The notes under the pieces were generated by a model. It worked only from the letters and a program-made list of their open reading frames with translations, was not told where the DNA came from and did no database searches. 64,000 nt of DNA from Trichinella spiralis (Eukaryota): contig NW_003526944.1 of the NCBI RefSeq assembly GCF_000181795.1, forward strand, positions 2,221,434 to 2,285,433, given 5' to 3'. This document shows, piece after piece, positions 53,444-64,000 of the stretch (its first letter is position 1; each line of letters starts with the position of its first letter). Position numbers and translations under genes: made by a program.

Positions 53444-56400
53444 ACTTTTCTGCATCACTCTTCATATTCCAATTTAAGCAACTGTTTCAGTTTTGGTTGA
53501 TGGGATTGATTTCCAATTTTTCAATACTAACTTTTGCTTCTTGCGTTGACTTTGAGCATTTGATTTCAGTTTTGATGATGACTGAAAATTTTCTCATACT
53601 TATCATAGATTTTTAACGGGGTACTCGCCTTCCTTATTTGTACGTAACTTTTTTAAAGCATATGTGAGTGCGTTTTTTATTATTTACAGTAATGCAAAGC
53701 ATTTTTATCACGATGTGCAAGGTGAAAGATTGCTGCTATCATATGATAGATGCTTTTTTTTTACTAACCCTTTAAAAGTTATGTCAAACCATCTTATATT
53801 TACGGTAAATATGATAAAGTAAATTTCATTTGATAGCTTGCCAACCTAATTGTAACATGGAAAATGCAGACTTATAAACCTGCACTAATCTTACTGTAAG
53901 CAGATGATTATCATTTTTATTTTGAAAGTTCACTGTAAGTTTGATAGAAATGAAAATGATACTGTTCGCGTTATTGATACAGGAAGTTTTCATTTTTTGG
54001 GAAAATTGAGCAACTATTTAATTATAATTGTTGTTAAATGTTTACGTTTTTGATTTATTTAAATATATCAATAATATATGATATACTTTTCTTTAGAATA
54101 AATAGTATTGATAATAATTTTAATTACTGAACATAATAAATAATTGATTTTTGCAAACAGTCACATGAATAGCAGATGTTTTCTTCTATTGATGTGTTTT
54201 GTGTATTCAATCAGTAGCAGGTGAATTGTCATTGATGTACTTGAAAGGCAGTTTTATTCCCATAAGTTGTGCTTATAATTTTCTCCATTGTCGGCGATGT
54301 GTGAGCTTTTCATCAATTTCATCGAATCACATTCGACCAACAACTGCAGACGGCTGAATAGAGCGCTTTTGTTCGTACTGTATTGGGATTTTTCCATCCA
54401 ATTTTTACTGTTGTCAGTCTACCGTGCTGGAGGGTAAATTTTCAATGGAAATGGAAATTGAAATAACAATCGCGTGATTGCAGTTTTCAGTTCGCAGCGG
54501 GTTGCCGGCTTGCTGTTGATCGGGAATTAAGCTTCAGCTATGATTAGTGATTTCACGCGATCCAACTGTTTGCGTGATGCCCCTGACGAGCATTTTGTCT
54601 GGGAAAACGGTTTCAAAATGTCCAACAATGCTTTTTGCAAACAAAGTTGCATCAACCCAGCTCGATCCCTTCTCTCTGTGCTCAGCATCATCGCACATGG
54701 ATATACAGCTTGTATGAGTAGGTTGGCTTTTCAGCTGGTTGCTCGATTTGTTTGCGAAACAAAAGCGACTAAACGGCGCGCATCTTCTCACGCTATTCTC
54801 ACAGCCGAACGCGTTTCGTTTGTCGCAGTGCACAAAAGCTGTGCTGATAAAATAATCTGCAACGCATTTTCCAAAGAAAGAAAAAAAACAAATAACATTT
54901 TTCTATTCAATTGTTGTTACCATTTTATGGAAATTTAATTTAATGAAAATCGTGAGAAAACTGCCAAAGTTCAATCTAGTAGTTGTTGTCATTTTGTGAT
55001 AATTTTTAGTAATACCTGAAAAAAGTAATACAATAGGAAATTTGCAATTTAGTTTCGTAAAAATTTTTTTGAGACGAAGAAGAAGAAGAAGAAAGGAATG
55101 CTTTTTTCTTCTTATCTGTTACAGTATTGTTCACCAGGTATTGTTATTTGTTGTTACAAATAAGCTTAGCTTGTTTCTGTGTCATCAAAGTTTGAATAAA
55201 GGTGAAAATTGTCAACGGTGCGGGGCAAATTTTCACATTACTGCAATTCACGATTAATAATAATAATTAATAAATACCTGATCCACGCGGTTGCCTGTTT
55301 ATAATGTACACTGAGGTTGTGTACGAGTTTTGTGGAAAAGCTTCACCACATGTGCTTTTTGAAATCCGTTTTAACCTTTTATTTATACATGTATATATAA
55401 TATAATATAATTCGTAGCTTTTTGAAAGTTTAATTTTGCTCGAAGAAAGTGAGCATTCAGGCATTTATAATCGATTAGCAATGGCAACGATCGTCTTGTG
55501 TAGAAGATATAACAATTGTCTAGCTAAAATGATTTCGGCCAAAGTTAACAAATCCTTCGGGTCGGCGTGGTGAATGAAATTTAATTTTTTGCCTTTCGGT
55601 AGTTTCAAATTGGACTACTGTAATTTTTTCTTCTCTCTTAGTCACCTTGATTTGCCGTTTTTCTTCCTCCTTTGCTAAAAATCCAGCAGCTTTCTTGTTT
55701 TGTTTTTTAATCATTCTAGAAATGGTGATAATTTTCAACAAAAAAACAAATTGTTTCTCTTTTATACTCTTTTTCATTTTTTTAATATCTATAATTTCTA
55801 GTGGTTTATGCTGTAAAGTCAAGTTATGTTTTAATTTATTGAATTTTTCACTTTTGATCATCAGTTGTAACAATGTTTTCTTTTTAAAAGCAGAAAAAGG
55901 GGGATATGTAAGATGCTTGATTTTTTTTGGTTGGTGAATGATTTTTTTGGCTGACTGCGAAATGTGTTTGCCGTACGAAACTGATGGAAAGTTTCAAGGG
56001 CATTGCTGCCTGTTATGACAAAAGGGCAAAGTGGACAGATGAAATTTTTTCAACTTTTTCAAATTGAGCTGTGAAATTTGAACAAAATTATTAGATAAAA
56101 TTATGAAATTATTTTAATAGAACGACAATCATTGTGAATTGTCGAAATTGTGTTTGCAAAACTGAGTTGGTGGCATTGGAAAACTGTAAGAAGGTTTGCC
56201 TTTTCTCCAAGAGTAGAGGTTTTGTTTATCTTTTAGCTCAGAAATGACAACGAATGCTTCGAAAATTGCATTTGCTTTTCCTGGAAAGGGTTTTTTGTTT
56301 TTCATAAATAAAGCATTACTGGAAAGGCAATAGTGAAGAGGAATTTTAAATTTTAAATTTGTTTGTTCAAATTGTTGTCTCAAATTTGTCACCGTCTTAC

Positions 56401-57211
56401 TGTTCTTAGCTTTTTGAATTTCGAGTTGTTGTTCGTTTTACTTTTACAATTCGACAATTTGACAAACTTAATGCTTATATTCTCATTCAACAGCTCGGCT
56501 GTGAATGTTCGTTCGCATATTACTGTAAAACTTTTCATTCGTTCTTAAAGTTTGTCTGTTCATCATCATCACTACGTGGACAAAACAACATGAATGTTCA
56601 AATATGGTTAGAAATTCTGCCTGTATATGAACAATGGAAGCGCGTTGACGTTTTTTCTTTTTGCATAATAATTACGCATCTCTGTTTCGCACAAAAGTTT
56701 ATCGGTATTTCTTTGTATTGTATGTTTTCGATATATCGAAATTTTATTTTGTATTGTGTAAAAGCGAAATGTATCGAATTGTACTTTTCATTTTGCATTA
56801 TTATCGCAGTTGTTGAAATTCTATTTAACTAGCGGAAAGTGTACGTTTAACTTATAAAACGTAGAAATGAGGACATATGTAAATGCTAGAAATGTTAAAT
56901 GTGAAGAATATACATTCAATTGTGAAACTCATTTTATTTGCAAATGTTCAGCAATAATAGTACGAGTGAAAGTTTTCTTTATAAAAATGATACATGGTGC
57001 ATCATTCCATTTGATGAAATTATTCTCATCAATTGGTTCCAAATTACACGTTATGGATCTGTTGAACAGGGAAAAGAAAGTGCAAGATGACATTTTTTGT
57101 TTAGCATAATTTATTCATAATCGTTAGCATGGTTAAGGCTTGCCATCGGGGTTAATTGCGTGCATTCAGCGCGGCTAATCTCGTTTAAACAGCGCTCCAT
57201 CGGCCAGTCTG

Positions 57212-57311
57212 CATTGTTGAACATTCCAACCAATCAGAAATGTCCAAACGCTTCTGTTGACCAATAGTCATATTTGGAGTTTGTAAAAACATCGACGCTG
57301 CCCTCTGCTGA
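57212..57311 (+). promoter_or_regulatory. Putative Sox proximal promoter: Sox site, two CCAAT boxes 31 bp apart, CTCF-like motif
   Basis: CATTGTT at 57212; CCAAT at 57230 and 57261; GCTGCCCTCTGCTGA at 57297-57311. Motif reading only. Confidence 0.4.
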
Positions 57312-57465
57312 CAGATGAAAACTGGTGGAAATAAAAACGGTCACTTCTGAGTTTACTTGCACACTTACATGTATACATCCATACACATACATCTATACAT
57401 ACGCACAAAGACACACCCACGTTAATAAATCAAGTGATAAAACGAGAAAACTCTTGCTTTGGAAG

Positions 57466-58407
57466 ATGTTACATTGTGCTTCTGATAATAATTTGGAGTC
57501 AAATATTGGTAATGATAAAAACATGAATCAAACAGAGATGTCTGTAACGGCTTCTACTTCAGCTGGCCATATCAAACGCCCGATGAATGCATTCATGGTA
57601 TGGTCTAGAGGCCAAAGGCGAAAAATGGCTCAAGAAAATCCGAAAATGCACAATTCAGAAATTAGCAAACGTCTTGGTGCCGAATGGAAAAGTTTAACTG
57701 AAGCAGAAAAGCGACCGTTCATTGACGAGGCGAAACGACTCAGATCTGTGCACATGAAAGAGCATCCGGATTACAAATACCGACCGAGAAGGAAACCGAA
57801 GAATTTGCTTAAGCAAAAAGAAAAATCTTACAGTGGTTTTGCCTTGCCCTGTCTTCCGAGTGCGATGGAACAACTGGCGCTGAGCCGCGGTTTCGGTGCC
57901 GCATTCGACAGTGCTGACAAAGCAGCCAGGGCTTTTTTGACCGCTCCCCAAGGATCGGTTGCCTACCCGCCTACTGCGGCTGGATTTTACGCTAGCTCAT
58001 TGGACGCGAACTCTGCTGCCGGTTCCAAGTTGACGGACATGAGCAGCGCTTTTCACAAAGCCACCTCAGAACTGGCGAACGCGCCATTTTACCATCCTCA
58101 TCATCATGCCGGTGCAACATCGGCCTTGTATCCCAGTGCGGCGGCTGTTTCTTTACCAACGTCGTTGTTCGGTGGCGGTTTGCAAGCTGGTATGGGTCCC
58201 GCGTTGTCATCGCTGTCTTACAATGGATCTTACGCCATTGGAACAGCCGAACAGCACTTGATGAGTCGACAAAATGCCGCAGCTGCAGCTGGACTTGCTG
58301 CATATTTGAAACCCGAGTACATGTTCATCAAACCAGATGCAACTGCGTCCACTTTGCCCAATCCGTACATGCCAACACCAGCTGGCTCATCTCCTGTTGT
58401 CATGTAA
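57466..58407 (+). CDS. SoxB2: SoxB2-group (Sox14/21/Dichaete-like) HMG-box transcription factor, intronless
   Basis: [41 protein letters not shown]...[21 protein letters not shown]; the RRKPKNLLK and FALPCL tail is Sox14/21-like. Single exon, as is typical for SoxB. First plausible ATG taken as start. Confidence 0.92.
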   Translation: MLHCASDNNLESNIGNDKNMNQTEMSVTASTSAGHIKRPMNAFMVWSRGQRRKMAQENPKMHNSEISKRLGAEWKSLTEAEKRPFIDEAKRLRSVHMKEHPDYKYRPRRKPKNLLKQKEKSYSGFALPCLPSAMEQLALSRGFGAAFDSADKAARAFLTAPQGSVAYPPTAAGFYASSLDANSAAGSKLTDMSSAFHKATSELANAPFYHPHHHAGATSALYPSAAAVSLPTSLFGGGLQAGMGPALSSLSYNGSYAIGTAEQHLMSRQNAAAAAGLAAYLKPEYMFIKPDATASTLPNPYMPTPAGSSPVVM

Positions 58408-60059
58408 GGCGTATGCCACCTTATCTTTAAAATTGAATTTTCTTTTTTGTTCTTTTGCACGCTTTTTTTACCCGGTTTAAGATTTATATATAATAATTCT
58501 ACTACACATGGTCGTTTATTTATTAATTTATTTTCAATGCTTCTTCTTCTTCTTCTTCTTATTCCTCACTACTAACTGCTTTTCTATTGTATTTTTTGCT
58601 CGTTTCACGTACAAACGTTGGACATAATGCTTGAAATTTCGGTTTAGTTGGACATGTCAGATTATTTGTCCGTCATTGTTTAGTAAAAGGCGTATTTGTG
58701 CACTGAGACTCTCACGACGAAGCATTGCCAGCAGCCTTGAATCTTTGTCAAGGCCAGACATACTGGCGCCTAGTGTTGTTCACTGTTCTTTATTTCTCAT
58801 GTGATCATGTGGTATTATTTTCTTTGACCATTGGTCGAGTTGCTGTAAAAATATCGCAGAGTTTCGTCACTAATTTAAGCAAATAAAAAGAGGAATCACA
58901 TTACTGTTTCGAAATATTTTTTCTACGAACTGAATTTACAGATTGTAACATTGCATGGCATTTGGAGCATGCTGTGGTGAAACATTTTTTAATTTGTTAT
59001 TGCTCATCTGTTTGCTAACGATTTGCATAATTTCATGATAATGCGCATTTGTAAAAGTGATTGGTTTCTGATTAGTTCATTCAAAGAATAACCACTTACA
59101 TGTGCTTTTATGGTATGGTGTGGTTGGTAACCCAATATACGTACGTGGACAACATACATGTGTGCTTTTCTTTTTCACAGCTCAACATTATTGATTCAAC
59201 ATGTTTTTTCTACATGTTGAACATGTGATGATGAACAGTTTCTTTTTGGCAAATACTGATGCTTTTTGCTGAAAAACTGTTTTCAGAACTTGTTACAATT
59301 GTACAGTTGCGTGTGTGCGGTTAGCCGTAAGAAAAGTGTGAAAATTTATTACCATTTTAATTTTTTCAAATTTCTCACTCTAAATTGATCCTTGTATCAG
59401 CAATTGTAAAATATTACCCTACAAGTTCATCAACATTTGTCAAGTAATAGTGGAAATTTGCAAAATAATATCGTGATTAATTTCTATTAAAAAAGTCAAA
59501 TTGCTTCTTATTTTTCTATTTTTTTATACTATGTAAGTTTTTTGCATGGTTGTGCAATGCATTTTAATGGAGGGCCAACTGCGGAATGCGTGAAAGTAAT
59601 GAGGTAAGTTATGACTGTTCGATTGTGCTACATTTGATATTTTTTGTTGTAAAAACAAGCTACAATTGGTCAGTGGAAGTAAATATTTTTCAAGTTCAGC
59701 AGTTGTTAATTGGAATATTGGTTTTGTGGGGCATGTGAGCTGTACATTTTTTTTTATTATTAGCTCTACAATGGAAAACGATCATCAAGTAAGTCGTCGT
59801 TTTGTGCAAAATCACTGTTTACAAGTTTCAAAAATGCGCCTGCTGAGAATTTGCTTATTCTTTTTATTATTAAAAATCATTTGGCCTTTTCTGTTCGTAA
59901 AAAATTTGCCCTCGGTGAAAAACTTTTTCTTCGGAAGGTTGGCATAGCGCAGCAGGATGCACCATTTATGGAAGGTCGAACGTTTGAAATGTACGAAATC
60001 CAGGAAGTATATTTTTTATGTTTATTTTTTAGAAGCTTGATGATTACAACAGCATTATG

Positions 60060-60062
<3 letters not shown>

Positions 60063-60090
<28 letters not shown>
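60063..60090 (+). repeat. (GT)14 microsatellite
   Basis: Read directly. Confidence 0.9.
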
Positions 60091-60093
<3 letters not shown>

Positions 60094-63000
60094 ATTATTT
60101 AGATATGCTTGGGTATAGTTGCTGTTTTTTCATCCATTCTTCCGCTGTAAAGAGCTTTGAAATATGACATTTATAAAGACGTGTCGGAATTGGAGCTTTG
60201 TTGATCATTGTGAATATAGAAGAAGAGATATGCTAACGTGAGTCGTTGTTGCCTGCCTTTGGGCATGAAGACATTGTCTCACTCAAACAACGGCGAACAA
60301 TGGCGTTCGTCCAGGCGATCACATGCCTATAGAAAGCCATTATCAGCTAGTCGATCCGCATGGCTAAACAATTAAAGGGTTTTCAATGGGATCTTGAAAA
60401 TTGAAAGATCAACAGCACCTGAGAAGAAGAAGTTGGACATGAAGCAGACACCTATTGATTGGAGAATGAATAGTTTTTCCTGTTTCACCACACAGCAGAG
60501 GTACGTTCATGTTTCAAATTAACCTGTTAGCTGACGCTTTTTTAGCCGTTGGTCATTTTCTTAAGGCACTTTTTGCACACTGCATGCAATACATATATTG
60601 CTCGAACAATTGATTAGAAATTATTGTAATTGAATTTTTGAAAAAAAAAAGAAAAAAGTTAATTTCATTCAAAATTTCAAATCAAAACAATCTATCCATC
60701 ACAATCATCCAGCGTAATTATTACTGATTTTTCTGTCTTTCATTCTTTCTCAATTTCTCTCATTGTATCAATATTTACCTTTGTTTGTTTGTATCTTTGT
60801 ATGAGCAATTATGCGATTGACAATTGTCAATAACTGTGATACAATGCAGTTATTAAGAGCATTGTCTTTGATCAAGCTGAACTTAAAATATGCCTTGTAA
60901 TATTTTTAGTTTACACTGCTACTAAGAGAATGCAATTTCAGCTTTCACTATTTGCATAATCAATTACAATCGACAATGATGAAACTGTAATTTAATTTAC
61001 AACATTTATTCGATTCCCGTGTATTAATTTTTATTCATTTTTAATAGATCGATCATTTTGAAAAGAGAACCAAATCGTCGACTTTCTTTCTTTCTTGTTA
61101 TTGCTATTCCGCTTGACGTGTTATCAGTTTATGCATATTTTTGAAATGTAAACAAACGTGCCCTTCAAAATATGCAAAATTATTTATCTGATTCGAACTG
61201 GATGATTGAATTTCGAGTTGGTTTTGTCATTCAAATGAATTTGCTTCAAAATGTTCTTCTTCCGCGTATTACGCTTTGAGCAGTGCTTGAAAAAGATGTG
61301 CAAAGTGGAAATTGATCTGATATGACAAAAAATTGTCGACACCAGTTTTTTAGAAGAGCAACCAACCAACCATTGAACAATCTACCTGCCATATTTCTAC
61401 AAGCAAGGTGAAGTGGCTTTTTGTTTTGTTGTGTTTTTTCTTTCTTGAGAATTTACAATTTTAACTATTTCTATGAATGTAGAAGAAAATAAACATAGGG
61501 AAATAGCAATCGATTTGAATTTAAATAATTTTTCTTCTCAATTCTGATCGATTATATTTATATAAATGAAAATATTCTTCGAGCACAACTTTTCAGCTAG
61601 AACAAACAGGTCAGGGATGTGTGGGTAAAAAGTTGTTGAGTAAAGTTTGCTCAACTGTTGTCTGCAAGCAAGCATGGATTAGTTTAGAAATTTTTTAATT
61701 TTTTTTTTCTCTGTGAATATTTCAAATTTGTAAAAAAAAATTAAATTACTATTTACAATGATAGAAAAAAGTTGTTGTTGTTGTTGTTGATGATCATTTT
61801 GCTCTTACCACATTCACTCACTCATTCATTCATTGTTTGCTTCTCTGTTTCCCAATATACAAAGCCCCATTGATTGGCTTGTTTTTTTTCTTATTTGTAA
61901 AGTTGAATAATTTTTGACCAAAAAAATAGCAGTTCTAATTTTCCATTGATGAATCTTTTATATTTAACAATGTTGCTTTTTTGGGTGGTGGTGATGGTGG
62001 TGCTTATTTATTTATTTTTTTTATCCTTTAGTCAGCATTGCTGGTTTAATCAAGCGTATGCTTGACGCAATTTTCCAAGCAACATTCCAAATTGTGCACA
62101 TTCTTTGTTCTTTCTTAGTCGGCATTGAAAAGCAACTGGCAGGCGATTAATAAGATCTTTTCACATTTTCCTTCGAACTATTCAATTGATCGGTCATTAT
62201 AATTGTGTTTATTTTGTTCGCGCTTAGCCGACGAAATTTACTTTTTCTCCCCCCGCTACTGTGATTATTATTCACTTGGCATTTTGATAAAATCTCCATC
62301 AAATTATTATTATTATTCAATTAACTGGAATTTATTGTTTTATTTGTATTTATTCACGACAACAATGAAACAATAGATCCAGTGACAAGTTCTTTTCTAT
62401 TCACTGTTAGTGATTGGAAAAATTGTATGTATGCAATATATAAAAGGAGCTTCATCCATCTGCGGCTTTTTATTATGGTTAGCTTTCCGCATGGCCGGAC
62501 AAAAGAAAGCGATTAATTTTGTTTTATCATCATTATCACGGTTGTTCTGGACGGTTTTTTTTCAATACTGTCGCTTGTAAAACAATTTATGCTAGCATGC
62601 TTTCATTGGGCAGGGTCAAAAGGCTTTTTGATCAAAAGAAGCCGCACAATGTCGTAGCTTTCTTAACGTATCAATTCCTCCGTACTAGTCTGATTTTTTT
62701 TGAACTTCCAACGGGTCATCGATCCTTCTTGTTTCTTTATAAGGATTTTTCCATTTGACCGATTCACTGATAATACAATTGCACCCTTTCATCATTATAC
62801 AACTATGCACGGTTTGGCAAAAATCTGCTTTTTTTTCTTATTTCTAGTTTGAAATATTTATCTGCATGTTGGTTTGTGATGAGTTATGATAAGTAAATAA
62901 ATGATAATTAAAGATGAAAAATTCACTTTGAAATGGTATAAATGTATGCAATTGTCAAGGGTATTTGGCAATTAGCAAACGATCGTCATTATCAATCCCG

Positions 63001-64000
63001 AGAGAGGTGATGGTGAAGATGGAAATTTCAATCACGTTGATTAGAGATAGATAGAACAGCAGAAGCAGTACTTTTGAAAATGTTTGGTCAAATTTGAATA
63101 CTTGACAATAGATTTGAATGTTGTTTGTTGTTTGGGCATGTTTCCGTTCATTGATGCTTTGCTTTTCGAAAACAGCATCCAAATTCAACCGCAGGTGAAA
63201 CGATCAGTGCTGTCAGTGGCCAGTGGTTTCCGAATCGTCGTTATTAATTATTAAGCATCGTCGACACTGAAGCTAGTGTCGGCGACCAATTGAACAACGG
63301 CTTTCGGTTTGTAGGGAATTTCATTATTAACACCGCAGGGGGATTGTAGGCTGATTGCCAATCTCACAATTTACCGCAAGCACCTAACGGAAATTTTCTA
63401 CTCAGCTTGAACACAATTGCGTTCGGCTTGTTGTCCAAAGGAGCGATTCTTTTCATTTTGTTTCCTTTTACAATCGTTTTCGTTTAACGCTGCTTGAAAG
63501 AAAATTACTACGCCAAATGCATGAATGGAACGCTTGATTGTAATCTGTATAAACAATTTTACAGCATTTAGAATATTGAATTAACAAAATTGGGCATTAC
63601 ATTTGCACAAAGATGTGCTGCTAACTGTCTTCTCCTCCAACAGACTCGACAACTAACTCAGTGTTCTTGTTTTACATATTCTATTGCAAACCAAATCAAA
63701 ATTATGCAAATTGGTGAATTGGAAAACAAAATACAATTATAGAATTTTTTGTGTTCTTTATTCTCTGCTCAAGTACTGTAATTACTTTTGTAGATTGATT
63801 TCATTTTTGTGAACTTTCTCTATTGAAAATTCAGTGAAAAAAAAGTGACAAAAAATTTGCAACATGATCACAAATGATCAACGTTTTCAGCAATGTAATA
63901 GACATTTCTAGACACATACATATGAAAAAGTAACTCTGACCGTAACCAGATAGGTACAGTATGATGATGATGATATGTAGAAATGAAATCTGAAATATTA

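Noticed and set aside
54534..56832. Several 60-130 aa ORFs between LIG1 and the Sox gene
   Set aside because: They have low-complexity, F/K/I-rich translations typical of AT-rich non-coding DNA, mostly with non-ATG starts.
63258..63285. 11-bp stem-loop TCGTCGACACT-gaagct-AGTGTCGGCGA as a miRNA or Helitron end
   Set aside because: Too short for a pre-miRNA, and no CTRR terminus follows.
1..64000. CRISPR arrays, rRNA/tRNA genes, autonomous transposons or prokaryotic contamination
   Set aside because: No repeat-spacer arrays, RNA-gene signatures or transposase/RT motifs were recognised, and all identified genes are eukaryotic. A covariance-model search could not be run.

Overview
This is AT-rich eukaryotic genomic DNA, gene-dense, with many short (about 45-100 bp) introns. 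A WDWPL-type HSP-12-like small heat-shock protein and a nematode-style MAM protein point to a nematode. The composition and a retained XRCC2 suggest a basal (clade I, Trichinella-like) species; this is inference. Gene order: possible gene tail (1-186), secreted two-MAM-domain protein (+), myosin VII (-), ASCC3 helicase (+), MCAD-type acyl-CoA dehydrogenase (+), Snapin (+), intronless Ly6/uPAR protein (+), ER alpha-1,2-mannosidase (-), ATG16 (+), XRCC2 (+), HSP-12-like sHSP (-), DNA ligase I (+), and an intronless SoxB2 gene (+) in about 4 kb and 5.6 kb of non-coding flank. A 3.15-kb near-identical direct duplication spans a 10-N gap inside ASCC3 and is most likely two uncollapsed haplotypes. 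The most interesting observations are: a 5-exon antisense gene nested in one long ASCC3 intron, encoding a degenerate RhoGAP-like region; a nematode XRCC2; operon-like gene spacing; CTCF-like motifs at the Ly6 and Sox promoters; a 180-bp palindromic MITE-like insert in a myosin intron; an HSP-12 core with long extensions; a myosin VII with a shortened neck; and three GC-AG introns. No prokaryotic, CRISPR or RNA-gene features were recognised. All gene models were spliced by eye, so terminal coordinates are approximate.
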